Assembly (NCBI GenBank): GCA_030390025.1
Contig: CM059431.1
Location: 143,036,001-143,100,000 of the forward strand
Reading direction: 5' to 3'
DNA: 64,000 bases
From: Squalus acanthias
Lineage: Eukaryota
Below, in pieces: positions 37,167 to 50,900 of this stretch. Each line of letters begins with the position of its first letter. Position 1 is the first letter of the stretch. The notes under the pieces are model-generated. The model did not search any database. It saw only the letters and a list, made by a program, of their open reading frames with translations, and was not told the origin of the DNA. The position numbers and the translations under genes are program-made.

Positions 37167-39270
37167 CGTGTAAATTACTGAAACTGTTGAATTGTAGCTG
37201 GCCTCAGCACCAGAAGTTCCATTACCCTTTTCATGTTAACAATCCTATGACAAACATAAAAAGGGCACAGGAATATCCGGCACCTGAATATGTGCGAGAC
37301 ACTGCTCTTTATCCACTAGGTAATGTGGACCATGACGAGCTGTTTCACCTTGTCCAGAACTGTAAAACCAGAGGGCATGGCCTGAGATTGGTGGGGGTAA
37401 ATTCAAAACTAATTTCTGGAACCGTTATTTCATTGAGCGACGGTATATCTATGGAACAGACTTGCTCCTAATCTTTAGAATGAAAACTAGAGGACAGGGG
37501 AATTCAGCGAAACACGAGAAGCATAAATAGAAATAGAATAAAGGGAAATTTAGGGGAACAATGTAAATGCTTAATTAGAAATGGAGTACAGGAAAATTAA
37601 GTGGAACCAACGAACTGTTAATTAGAAATATAATAAAGGAATATAGGGGAACACAGTAATGGCTTATTTAGAAATAGAGGGCAGGGGAATACGGCAACTG
37701 ATATTAGAAATAGGGACCAGTGGAACACAATAACCCTTCATTCAGAAGTAGGGTACAGGGGAAGACAGCAACTGTTCAATTAGAAATAGAGGACAAGGAC
37801 ATTCAGGGGAATAAACTAACTGTCTAATTAGAAATAGAATAAACGGAGACATGGGGTAACACATTAAATAACTGTTTATTTAAAAGTGGGGGACTGAGGA
37901 GACAGTAACTGTTTATTTATAAATAGAGGAGACGGGAATGTGAGGGAAACACAGTAAATGTTTAATTAGAAATAGAGAAACACAAGGGAATACAACAACT
38001 GGTTAATTAGAAACAGGGGACGGGGAATCAGACCCACATCAGATTGAATGTGACACGGTAATGTAACGGTTAATTATTCATGTCTTTGCTTTCTATTTTG
38101 CCTGTGGAGTTTGGATGATGTGGTTGATTGAACGTCGCCTTCTCAGGATTGGAACTGGGTGCAGAACATCTCTGACTGATGGAACTAAAACCTCCGCCGG
38201 CTGCCTGACTCGGGCCTTAAATACTACTGGTTGTCCGCATCCAGGTAAATGAGAATGTGTCTCTTACACAAAACCGCCCTCTACTAATCACCACTTTCCC
38301 CAGAAGCTGGATGCCAGCCGGATTGGCAGATCCCGGGCTCCACGGGGCCCTGCAACCAAGAGGAGTTTAGTTTTGGAGAACGTCTGGGTCAAGTGGAACG
38401 TTAAAGAGTGACGGGTAAAGCGGCCTCATAATCACAGTTAGTAAATGGAGCCCATTCACAATTGAAGTACAAAGGCTATTGTCAGCATAAGCTTTTCAAT
38501 AATGTACTTGAACATTGGCGTGAGGTGCCATAGGTTTATTAAGCACATAATACATGCAATAGTCCTTACACACACACTTAAAAGGTAGAAATTAGAACCA
38601 CACGTGATGATGTTGTTGCGCAGACCCAAACATGTCACAGTCCTGAGCTCAATATCTTAGGCCTTTACCAAACCGAATAGTCAGTAAAACTATTCGTTTT
38701 TATTCATTTTTCTCACTCCCTCTACTTGACAATCCTCACAATTCTGCTTTACACAATGATATCAAAGTTAAAATCAAACTCCACATAAAGATGATTTAAT
38801 TGATTTATCTGATCGATAGTTTCACTCTTGACCCATATATTTGCAGTTGTACCAAGTGAAACCTTTAACAGTAATTCTGTTTGTTTCTGTATCCTACAAA
38901 TTGAAAATGATGATGTATGTCCAGATGTTTTCCATTGCAGAACTAACTCTATTCCCAAACTGTTACCAAATGATTAAAGTTCCCTGAAATTGTCGAATCT
39001 GTTTGCAATGACATGTGTTTCATTAAATCGCTTATTACTTCATCCTGAAACTGACCATTTTTGCAGGGTCTGCCCTGGCCCAATAGGCCAGCAGTACTTT
39101 AAACAGACCAGTGCTTCCCTGCTTAACAGGACAAGGCTAAAGGTTAACATTGCTACAATATAAAGAGAAACCCATACCATGTAACATTAGCGTTCGTTAT
39201 GATAACCTGATTAATCCTTTCCTTACAGCGCCCCCTTTGTTGGCGTTAGAGGATTTAAGCTGAACACTAT

Positions 39271-40032
39271 GGCCCGAAAATTAGACCTAATGCGGGAGAG
39301 TGCGCACTGTGTACTCTCGCGTATTAGGTCCCGAAGTGCCGGTTTCCTGCATGCACTGCGCATGCGCGGGAAACCGGCACTTCGGGTATTGCGAAGGGGG
39401 CGGTTCCTAAGTGAACCGCGTGTGCACTACAGGGTGTGCGCACGGAGTGCACTTAGTTTTTTTTCAGGTTTGAATGCGCAGTTAAGTGTTGAAGATTTTA
39501 TACGTAAAGAAAGCAGGCGTAAGACCCCCTTTTAACAAGGTAAGTAGTTAATTAAGTATTATTTTAATTTTTTTCAACTGGTTTATCTTTTTTAGAGACT
39601 TTAGAAAAAGGTAAGTTTATTTTTATAACTTTTAAAAAGAATTTAAACTTTTTCAAAATTTAAATTTTTGTTTAAAGTGGTTAATTTATTTAACTATAGT
39701 TATTTTATTAATGTGATGGCTTTTTTTTAAATTTAATTGAGGTTTAGCTGTTCTTTTGGGGGCTTGTTGTATTCATAGTTTTGACAGCACTTGCTGTCAA
39801 AACTATGAATGAAAGATGGTGTGCTGCCATTGGCTCTAACTGGCCCACGTGATCCCAGAGGTCGCATCGAATTAACTGCGCCTCTGGGACACGCACACAC
39901 TGCGCGCCAGCACCAGGGAGAGGCCCAGGAACTGAAGTTCGTGTGGGCCAAAACCATAAAGGTAGGCGCGGAGTGCGATATCGCGGGGGATCCTTACCCC
40001 CGCGGCAACCATCGAACTCCAATTTCTGGGAC
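39271..40032. mobile_element. PIF/Harbinger-type MITE (inverted relative to 29591)
   Basis: GGCCCGAAAATT../..AATTTCTGGGAC; absent from the paralogous site at ~1935. Confidence 0.8.
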
Positions 40033-41341
40033 ATAATCTCCTTAGCATTATAAATCTATCTCGGCCTATTCTATTGCGCAGATCCCCTTCCATTAATTTT
40101 ACATAAGTTCTCACTATCCAGAGCCACAATAACCATTTCATGTAATGGTGTTATCTGCGTGACTGACCATGTTTTGGATCCATTCCTCAGAGTATGTGTA
40201 TCACGCATAGAGCATGCTGGTTGCTCATGTACAACACGTCACAAGGTTTTGGGTATTTGCCTGGCTATCAAATACATTACTTTATTTCTTCAGCCAAATC
40301 AAGGATTCAGACATCACCAAGAGAAAGCTTGCAATTAACCATCTTAAGTACACTTTCCAGACTTTCACTAGACTGTGCTTTGATGCCAGACTCATATCTT
40401 TAGGCTAGTCGTACCCAGGTGGTTTACTTTAAGAAAGGATGGCACAGGATAGATAGAAGCAGAACCTTCCGTTAGTTGAAGGATCAAAAACATGCGGCCA
40501 GAGAAAAAATGATACATTTAAGAGATTTAGAACTAAAGTTATGAAAACCCCTTTACATGGAGTGTTGTGAGACGATGGAAATAACGGAGGCAGAAATAAG
40601 ATCAATATTGAAGATTAAATTGTATACACGGCTAAATAAAAATAGGTTGAGGTGATGTTAAGACCGGCTGGGTGAAGTGTATGGAACAATTGCCGCGGGT
40701 GGAGGGTAACAGTCGACACGAACTGATTGGGTCGAATGGTCTGTCCCCCTGTAATAACATTCCAACTTTGTGATGACCAGTTGAGATTTTCAGTAAGTAT
40801 CTGTGAACAAAGATGTCTAATGTCACATTGACGAGTCAAGTTCCTACTGTCTCCATCATCAGACACTGATCAGGAGACAGGGCCCCGTTCTATTGGTCCA
40901 GGAGACAATGGGGGCGGAGTCTGATGGGGAGACCAGCGCCTGCAACATTCACACCAAGATTACAGAATTACAGATAACCACCATTTTAACACATTGTTTC
41001 TACACTAAAGAAAATGTATCTGTTAATTAAACTGGGGCGTCTCATTCCAGTACCTGCGGCGTGAGGCAGTTAACGCTGACGTCACATGTTCTACTCCACT
41101 GCTGAAGCTCAGTGATAACTGTTCTCTTTGAATCTTGAGCGGGAAGGGCGCTGTTTCAGCGGGGAACGATTCTGTTCACCCGGGGAAAGCAGCAGACATC
41201 AAACATACGGCACAAAGTGGGAGAAATGTTTTCTGATACCACAACTGTCCTTATTTAGCGTTATGCACACGGATTATTATCATTAATATTCACAACAGAA
41301 AGGCAGACATTCTAAAATACAACACAGTTTGTATTTGAGCT

Positions 41342-42270
41342 CTAGGTAGGACTGGAAGCTTTGGTTTGACTTTTCATTCTTTGCCCAATAAATGTCCAAG
41401 GAATTTTCATCACCTGCTTGAGCTCTTCCCTGAATTTAGTTTGAGTAGTTGCATAAATGCATGTGTTTGTACAGGAACTCAAATACATGAGCATATATCC
41501 GGTTTCTGCGGCAATATAGGCAGGGGCTGCATAATCACCTCTGTAATGCACGGTGCTTGTCATTCTGGTAGTTACAAAAGTAACAACAGTTGTCAGCCAC
41601 AACAGTATAAAACTGCCCGATACACTGAATAGTAAAATTATGGATTTCCTTCGGTTCTCCATCTCTGGATCGCTCTGATTCTCAATGCTGTGACCCCGGA
41701 GTCCCCTGCGGGCTCTACTGGCCATTAAAATACGTCTGACTGTCAAACAATTAAACAGTAATATCAAAGCAAAAGCAAGCCAATTAAAACAAATGCTTTG
41801 TAACCAAGAGAACGCCACACCTGTCGGCGATGAAAAAAACTCCACTCTGGCGCGGCAACCCCAGGGAACATTGTTAATTATTCGCTCAGGTTCATATGCA
41901 AACCAAAACAGGAGGCTCTGTAAACAGATCAGCACAGAAACCGTCGTTATAACCGCGGCCGCAGTTCTCACTGTGCAATACTTGGTTTTAAACTTCTCAC
42001 AACATATAGCTACAAATCGGTCAAATGTGAACGAGACTGTAAACCACACCGACAAATACAGGGTGACACATTGCACATACAGAATGATCTTACAAACGAC
42101 AGTGTAGGACAGGAAGGAATGTGGAAAGTGATAACGTAAAATGCGATTCACTAATATATTAACGATCATGACCAGTAGATCTGCTGTTGCCATGGCCACC
42201 ATGTAGACAGAGATACAAGTGGAAAGGCCGCAGTTTCCTCGGGAGAGAATCACGATTGTCAGTAGGTTCG
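41342..42270 (-). CDS. GPR139/GPR142-like class A GPCR, gene 2, coding exon 2
   Basis: Same 7TM motifs as gene 1; acceptor tttctcacag|CG at 42271; spliced CDS 999 nt (332 aa). Confidence 0.9.
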
Positions 42271-43027
42271 CTGTGAGAAAGAGGGAGACGAGGTCAGTAA
42301 CGGGGACACTCGGATAAATCTCACAACTTATTGTGGTGAAAGGTTCAGATCTGTCCCTATTTAGCGCTATGCTCACGGATTATTATCATTAATATAGGCG
42401 AGTGTTCTCGACATTTTATTTAAAGTAATGAAATCTTTGAAAATTCAATATAGAGGAACTGAAAATCAGCCTTCCGTCCAGCAAACTCCAGTCCAGTATT
42501 AAACATAATTCCACAGCAATTAATGGAGAGATATAATTCAAATAAAATATTCAGCTCACACAACAACGTTGAATTTATGTCCAACCGCTGCCGGGAGGAT
42601 GGGAACACATTCCTGAGCGGCAATTATTTGTCAACTTATCTTTCAAAGTGCCCTGTTGGGTGGGGGTGTCTGCAGTCCGAGGATTTATCAACTTAATGTA
42701 CACAGGGAACAACGGCAAACAAATGAGGTGATTATTATGGACACTGAGCAACACATTGTGTAGTGGGCTATGAACGTTTGGAGGTGCTGGGGAATCAGCC
42801 TCGCCCTCCCTCAGTATAGGGAGGAATACTGAGCGCCCGGTGCAAACGACCTTCCGAGGAGAACAGCGCCTCAGCGGCTGCGCGGACGGCTCGAATTCCC
42901 GCATTGTATTCACCGATTATCCCGGTGGATAAATGACTCTGCAATGAGAGTATTACCGGAATCTGTTACATAATCATTAAATGTGAGATAGTCAACAGCT
43001 ATTAGGCAACAAGAGACATTGACTTAC

Positions 43028-43097
43028 CGGGAACACCGAAGGTTGCGAGAATATGGTAGTAAATGTCACTTATCTGTTGAATTGCTGGCCGTGCCAT
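43028..43097 (-). CDS. GPR139-like gene 2, coding exon 1 (MARPAIQQISDIYYHILATFGVP)
   Basis: ATG at 43097, donor G|gtaagt at 43027; TATAAA at 43176-43181. Confidence 0.88.
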
Positions 43098-45244
43098 TTC
43101 TTTGAAGATTTGTGTGGATTCGCCCAGCTTTACGATTCCGACCGCAGCGTATCTGAAATGCGTAAAAGCTCCCAATTTATAAAACAATCCGTGCCCGGTG
43201 AGACAATCAGGTTACACAATAATTAGCGTTAGTTACAGTCACTTAACAAACAAGGGACGATTTTCCCCTTCAGTGCGCCCCGGCCGCCACTGGGGAAATT
43301 GAACAGCTCAGTCCATGAAACTCCGTCCATTAAAATCAATGAACGGAAAGTAATCCCAGACGGAATGTGCTCTGCGCATGCCCCGTGATCCCTGAAGGGA
43401 ATCTCCCTCCTGATCTCTGCGTTAGGATCTTGGAGCCTCATGTTAATTTAGTGAAATCTTCACTCATCCATCACATAATTAAAATTTGTTTTGTATTGTT
43501 ATAATGGCTGCTGATGAATCGGCTCTAAAATTACTGGTGGTGGCTCTACGCTAACATTACTGGTGCTGACGGTACTCCAGAATGAATGCTGATGACCCTA
43601 CTCTAACAATACTGGTGGAGACACTGCTCTAATATTACTGGTGGTGACTCTACTCTAACAGTACTGGTGGTGACCCTATTCTAACATCACTGGTGGTGAC
43701 TCTACTCTAACATTACTGTTGTTGATCCTACTCTAACATTACTGGTGGTGACCCTACTCTAACATTACTGGTAGCGACACAACTCTAATATTACTGGTGG
43801 TGACCCTGCTCGAACATTACTGGTGGTGACTCTACTCTAACATTACTGGTGGTGACCCTACTCTAACATTACTGGTAGCGACACAACTCTAATATTAATG
43901 GTGGTGACTCTACTCTAACATTACTGGTGGTGACCCTGCTCGAATATTACTGGTGGTGACCCTACTCTAACATCACTGGTGGTGACTCTACTCTAACTTT
44001 ACTGGTGTTGATCCTACTCTAATATTACTGGTGGTGACCCTACTCTAACATTACTGGTAGTGACACAACTCTAATATTACTGGTGTTGACCCTACTCTAA
44101 TATTATTGGTGGTGACGGTACGCTAGGATTACTGATGATGATACAACTCTAACATTACTGTTAGTGATCATATTCTAACAGTATTGGTGGTGACTATACA
44201 CTGACATTACTGGTAATGACCCTACAATAACAATACTCGTGTTGACCCTTTTGTAACGTTATTGGTGGTGACCCTACTCTAACATTACTGCTGGTGACCC
44301 GACTCCAACAAAACTGCCGGTGACCCTACACTAATATTTCTGGTGGTGACTGTACTCTAACATTACTGGTGGTGACTCTACTCTAACATTACTGCTGGTG
44401 ACCCTACACTAACAATACTGGTGATGACTCCTCTTTAACATTACTGGTGGTGACTATACTCTAACATTACTGGTGGTGACTCAACTCCAAAACTACTGGT
44501 GGTGACCCTACACTAATATTACTGGTGGTAAGCCTACCCTTACATGACCGGTGATGACTCATCTCTAACGTGAGAGGTGCTGGGCCTACTCTAAAGTTAC
44601 TGATGGTGACCCTACGCTAACATTACTGGTAATGTCCCTACTGTATCATTAATTATGGTAACCCTACTCTAACATTACTGGTGCTGACCCTACTCTATCA
44701 TTACTGATGGTGACTCTACTCTAGCATTACAGGTGAAGACCCTATTCTAACATTACTGATGGTGATCCTACTCTAATATTACTGATGATGAGCCTACTCC
44801 TGCTTAACTGGTGGTGTGCCTAATCTAACATATCTTGTGGTGACCCGACACTAACATTACTGGTGGTGAACAAAACCTAACATATCTGGTAGAGTATCTT
44901 CTCTAACATAAATGTTGATGACTCTACGGTAACATTGCTTGTGGTGACCATAATCTAACATTAATGGCGGTGACCCTACTCAAACTTTACTGCTGCTGAC
45001 CCTATTCCAACGTTACTGGTAGTACGCTACTCTAACATTACTGGTGGTGACCCTACTCTAACATCACTAGTTCTGACTCGACTCTATAATTACTGCTGAT
45101 AATCCTAATCTAACATTACTGGTGGTGTCCCTGCTTTAATGTTGAGGACTCCTGTCTGGTGATGACCCTACTTTAACATTACTAGCGGTGAAACTACTCT
45201 ATCATTACTGGTGATGAACGTAATCTAACATTACTGGTGGAGTT

Positions 45245-45612
45245 TCACATGGCAGCTGTTAATGATTCTGCTATTGCCATTTACCCTTCATCTATACTCA
45301 TCTTTGTTTCTTAACTTGTCCTATAACCATCTCCTTTTGCCTTGCTCCATCATCCCTTTAACCTCTTAATCCCCCCTGCTTTCCTTCCGATCACAGACCT
45401 TCCCTTTTGTTCTTTCCTCTCCTCCCCACTCTCCCTGCCCCTGCACTTGCTTAAAAACCTTTTTTATTTCCAACTTTTTCCAGTTCTGACGAAGGGTCAT
45501 CGACTTGAAACGTTAACTCTGTTTTTCTTTCTACAGATGCTGCCTGACCTGATCAGTGTTTCCAGCATTTCTTGTTTTATTTCAGATTTCCAGCATCCGC
45601 ATATTTTGCTTT
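45245..45612 (+). mobile_element. Penelope-like terminal repeat inserted in the minisatellite
   Basis: Pyrimidine-rich stretch, then ctgacgaagggtc..gaaacgttaactctg..gatgctgcctgacctg..tccagcat. Confidence 0.65.
45482..45518 (+). ncRNA. Minimal hammerhead ribozyme motif
   Basis: agtt-CUGACGA-a-gggtc/atc/gactt-GAAA-CG-UU-aact: stem I agtt/aact, stem II hairpin, palindromic ACGU in place of stem III. Confidence 0.6.
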
Positions 45613-47019
45613 CATATTACTGCTGGTGTTCCTGCTCTAATATTACTGGTGAGAACTCCTGTATAACATTACTAGTGATGACTTCTCTCTAACCTTACTT
45701 GTGTTGAGCATATTCTAACATTACTTTTGGTGACCCTACTCTAAAATGACTGGTGATGACGCTAATCTAATATTACTGTTGGTAACCCTACTCTAACATT
45801 ACCGGTGGTGAGCTGACTATAACCTTTTTGACTGAGATGAAGAGAAATGTATTCACAGAAAACTTTGTGAATCTTTTGAATGCTCTACCACAAAGAGCTG
45901 CGGATGGTCAGTCGTTGGATACATTCAAGAGAGAAATCGATAGATTTTGGATAGAAAGGAAATCAACGGATGAAGATATAGGGCTGAATAGTGGAGTTGA
46001 TGTATAAGTTCAGCCATGACCTTATTGAAATGCGGAGCAGGCTGGAAAGTGCGAATGGCCTGTTCCTGCTCCGATGTCTTCTGTGCGAAATACTTGATTC
46101 TGCTGTAACATAATCGGTGGTGACCCGAATTTAACGTTGCTGGTGGTGACTCTAATCTAAAATTACTGATGGTGACTCTATTCTAACATTACTGGTGATG
46201 ACTCTACACTAAAATTACTGGTGAGGAATCTACTCCAACAATAGTGGTGCTAATCCTACTCTAACATTAGTGATGGTGACGCTGCTCTTACATTACTTGT
46301 GGTGACTCTCTTTTAGTATACTGGTCGTGATCCAACTCTAACATTACTGGAGGTGCCTCTAATTTAACATTACTGATGGTGACATTACTCTAACATTACT
46401 CGTGGTGACCGTGCTCTAACATTACTGATAGTGACCCTAATTTAACATTACTGGTTTTGACCAGACTCTAAAATTAATGATGGTCAGCCCACTCTAACAT
46501 TACTGGTCATGATCGAACTCTAACATTACTGGTAGTGACTCTGCTCTAACATTACTGGTGGTGACACTAATCTAACATTAATGGTGGTGACTCTACTCTA
46601 CGATTGCTGGAGGTGACCCTGAACTAACATTACTGGTGGTAATTCTGCAGTAACTTTAATTATGGTGAACTTAATCTAGCATTACTGGTGGTAACCCAAC
46701 TCTAACATTACTGGTAGTGACTCTACTCTAACATTACTGGTGATGACACTACTCTAACATTACTGGTAATGACTGCTTTAACATTGCCTTTGGTGATCCT
46801 ACTCTAAATTTACTGGTGGAGACCATACTCTTCTTACTGGTGATGACTCTACAGTAACGTTACTTGTGGTGATTCTGCTCTAACATTATTGGTTGTGACT
46901 CTACTCTAACGTTACTGGTTGTGACTCTACTCTAACGTTACTGGTTGTGAATCTACACTAACGTTACTGGAGTTGACACTCCTCTAACTTTACTGGTTGT
47001 GACCCTATTCTAACATTTA

Positions 47020-49935
47020 TTTGATCATGGGATGTGGGCGTCTCTGTCAAGGCCACCATTTATTGCCCATCCCTAATTCCCCTGGAAAATGTGTTGGTGA
47101 TCCGCCTGCTTGAACCGCTGCAGTCGGTTGAAACTACGCCCACCATGCTGTTAGGAAGGGAGTTCCATGTGTTTGACCCAGCGACTATGAAGGAACGGCG
47201 ATAAATTTATAAGTCAGGATGGTGTGTTACTTGGTGAGGCATGTGCAGGTGTTAACATGCACCTGTTGCCCTTGTCCTTCTAGGTCTTAGAGGTCCTGGG
47301 TTTGGAGGGTGCTGCAGAAGAAGCCTTGGCGAGTTGCTGCAATGCATCTTGTAGATGGTACACAATGCAGCCATGGTGCGCCAGTGTTGGATGGAGTGAA
47401 CTTTTAAGTTGGTGGATGGGTGCCAATCAAGGGGCTGTTTGTCGTGGATGGTCTCGAGTTTTTTGAGTGTTGTTCTAGCTGCACTCATCCAGGCAATTGG
47501 AGATTGATCCACCGATCTCCAGAGTAGTGGCTAGTAGATGAAAGAAAGGCCTTGGGGAGTCAGGAGGTCAGTAACTCGCCGCCGACTACGCAGCCTCTGA
47601 CTTGCTCTTGCAGCCACATTATTTATGTGGCTCGTCCAGTTACATCTCTGGTCAATGGTGGCCGCTGTGATGTTGGTGTTGGAAGATTCGACGATGATAT
47701 TACCGTTGAATGTCATCGGGAGATGTTTAGACTCACTCTTTTTGGAGAATGTCATTGCCTGGCACATGTGTGTCAGGAATGTTACTTGCCATTTATCAAC
47801 CCAAACCTGCAAGTTGTCCTTGTCTCGCTGCATGTGGGCTTCATTATCCTCGGAACTGCGAAAGGAACTAAACAAAATTGGCCGTACTTTACGATCGGAG
47901 GTTTCCCGCGTGCGGAGGCCTCCAATCTGGAAAAAATCTACTAACTTACCTGAGGGCTGCCAAGGTCCGGACACTTCCGCCCCTGGGCCTCTCCAACTCG
48001 AAATGCGCAGGGCCCACGTATCCCAGGAGCGCATGCGGTTCGCAAGCGTCCCTGGGATCACGTGGGTCATGGGGAGCGAATCAACGAAGAGAATCTCCCT
48101 TCATAAACTTGACAGATAGACCTTTCAATTTTAGAATGGAGATCACCCAAAAAACACTGTAAACCATTAAATAGATAAAAAAATAACATTTTTAAAACTA
48201 GTTGAAATTACAATAAATTTATTTTTTGCATAAAATAATTAAAGTTTTTTACGGGGCTAAACATAAACTTACCTTTTTTTAAAGTATTTTTAAATGATAA
48301 ATGAGTGGAATTTTTTTTTACTTTTTTCAAATCTTATGATGGTAAAATCCGGCCTCACGCCTACTTTTACCAGGCGTGAGATGTCTCAGGGTTTTCTGCG
48401 GGCGGAGGCTCTTCAGAAAGCGGAACTCTCCCCCCCTCCCCCGCAGAGGCCCTTCTCCAGGGCAGGCGTCCCCCCCTCCCCCGCAGAGGAACTTCTCAAG
48501 GGCAGGCGTCCCCCCCTCCCCTGCAGAGGCCCTTCTCCAGGGCAGGCGGCCGATCTGTCAACGGCATTCTTGCCGCGCCATGAGTTTAAAGATTCTGGCA
48601 GAATACTAGTCTGCTGCTGCTGATGGCCCACACGCCTCACGGAGCCCATCTTTGAGGTGCTAGATCTTTTCTGAATCTATCCCATTTAGCACGGTGGTAG
48701 TGCCACGCAACACGATGGTGGGTGTCCTCAGTGAGAAGACGGGATTCCATATCCACCGGGATTATGCGGCGGTCACTGCTACCAATGCTGTCATAGTCAG
48801 ATGCATCTGCAACAGGTAGATGGTGAGGACGAGGTCAAGTAGGTTTCATCCTCGTGTTGGTTCTCTCACCTCCTGCCACAAGCCGAGTCCAGCAGCAAAC
48901 GTCCAAGGCTCCTCCATCACTATCAGTGGGTATGTGCTGTCCAACCAGCAGGACAAACCTCCAAGAGTGCAGCTAGCCGGGGAAGCAAGGTCAGCTGTCG
49001 CTGCCGCTGTGTTGGAATGTTATGATGTCTGCAGTGAAACTAAAACATAAACCTTTCACAGAAACAGCAAAGACGCCATATCTCTTCCCCCTGGAGACAT
49101 GTTCCGTTGTTCTGCCATAACTACCCCAAATATGAGTCTTGATGGTCAAAAGCAGATGATGTAAGTGTGTCATAAGTCTAGAACCTGCGTAAGCCAAGTT
49201 GGTGCGGATGTGGCATCTCTGTGATTGGATTTGGGGGCTTTTAGGTGTCAGCATGCGATTGGTTCAGTAGGACTCCATATGAAAGGTTTTGAGTGAGAGT
49301 TAGGGCATAACAAGGGGATTTTAATAGACACAAATTGTGACGATTTCAGGAAGATTCACGGAGTCACCCGGGAGACAAAGAGAGAAGAGAGTCCAGAATC
49401 ACAGGGCGCAGCTTAATCACAGTTGCGTTTCTATCCATAGGATAACTGAGTAATATAATTCTCATGTGTCCTCTGTAAACTGCTGTGCGAATACTGGAAT
49501 GTATTAAGCCTTGCCTGTGCTGCATAAAGTGAAATTACTCTCCCCAGTACGGTTCAACCTCGAATCATTGGAACCAGGTTTCCTCTGCGATCTAATAATG
49601 GCCCGGCATATCCATCACTCTGCCATTACCATCAAACCAGGGGAACATACCTGGTTCAATGAAGAGTGTAGAAGAGCAGGCCAGGAGCAGCACAGGACAT
49701 ACCTGAAATTGTGGTGCCAATCTGGTGAAGCTACAGCACTGGACTACGTGCATGCTAAATAGCGGTGCAGCATGATAACGACTGAGCTAAGCGACCCCAC
49801 AACAAATGGATCAGATCAAAGCTCTGCAGTCCTGCCACATCCAGTCATGAATGGTTGTGGACAATTAAACAATTAACCGGAGGAGATGGCTCCATGAACA
49901 TCCCCATTCTCAATGACTGCAGAGCCCAGCAAGGA
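47020..49935 (-). mobile_element. Fragmented CR1/L2-clade LINE pieces (interrupted by a MITE; piece ~49570-49935 in the opposite orientation)
   Basis: DNLQVWVDKWQVTF..TIDQRCNWTSHINN RT tail; PGEHTWFNEECRRA linker motif. Confidence 0.65.
47880..48611. mobile_element. MITE related to 25198-25860
   Basis: Shared internal blocks (ccctgggcctctcc, cccccgcagagg..cttctccagggcaggcg, here three times); right terminus degenerate. Confidence 0.65.
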
Positions 49936-49979
49936 CTTAGATAATTGCAGTAAGACTTATTTACTCTGATACTCCAATC

Positions 49980-50900
49980 CTTGGTGTAATAAAAGCTAAT
50001 ATACCATTTGCTTTCCTAATTGCTTGCTCCACCTGCAGGCTAACTTGCAGCGTTCAAGGACACCCAGTTCCCTATGAATTCCAAGATGACCAGTTTTCTC
50101 ACCAGTTAAAAATATTCTGTTTTTCTATTTTTCTTACCAAAGTGGATAACTTCACACTTCTCCATGTTATATTCAATCTGCCATGTTCTTTCCCACTCAC
50201 TTAACCTGTCTATATCGCTTTGCATCATCTTTGCATCTGCCTCACAACTTACTTTCACACCCAACTTTGTATCATCAGCAAACTCGGATCCATTTGACAT
50301 ATTTGAGGCTCCAATTCATTCAATTTGTTTCTTACTCCCCATACATTAGTATATAACACACTTCTTTTACCAAATGCTTTCTTTCTTACATCGTTTAAAT
50401 TAACACCTTTCTTATGTGTCTCGCCTGCTGTAACTACTTTAATTATTTTAGTATTCCCTTCACTGGAGTATCACGTGGTGACCTGAAATCTGCTCTTATC
50501 CTTATTATCGTTGAATTATCATTTTTACTGTTGTTTATCACTGAGCCCTCCCCCACCCCATTTAATTGTTTAATGCCAATTTTTGCCAGGCTACTTATCC
50601 TTTCCACTAGGAACTTGGTTTCAGCCCGGTTCAGGTACAGCCTGTGCCAACGGTACAGCTATCTCTTGGCCCAGTACTTTTGAAAGTGTCCCATGAAATG
50701 GATCCCCTCCCTCCCACACCACTCATCCAGCCACGTGTTCAGCTTCCTGGTCTGTTTACCTCTATGGCAATTAGCACGTGGCCCGGGTAATAATCCTGAG
50801 ATTAGAACCCTTGAAGACCTGGTTTTTAATTTAGCTCCTGACTCCACATACTCCCTCAACAAGAACTCCTCCCTTTTTGCCATTTGTCACTGTTCCCGAC
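49980..50900 (-). mobile_element. CR1 LINE fragments (RT FADDTKL; ORF1 SGNH-esterase-like)
   Basis: FADDTKLG..WQIEYNMEKCEVIHFG; SRVLISGLLPGPRA..LNTWLDEWCGREG. Confidence 0.75.

Larger units (their letters stand above)
43520..47015. repeat. 26-bp minisatellite, copy B (interrupted at ~45245-45612 and ~45830-46100)
   Basis: Same ctactctaacattactggtggtgacc unit as copy A. Confidence 0.95.
37208..47300 (+). repeat. Segmental duplication copy B
   Basis: Collinear with 1-9450 apart from later insertions (MITE at 39271, Penelope-like and CR1 pieces in the minisatellite). Confidence 0.85.
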
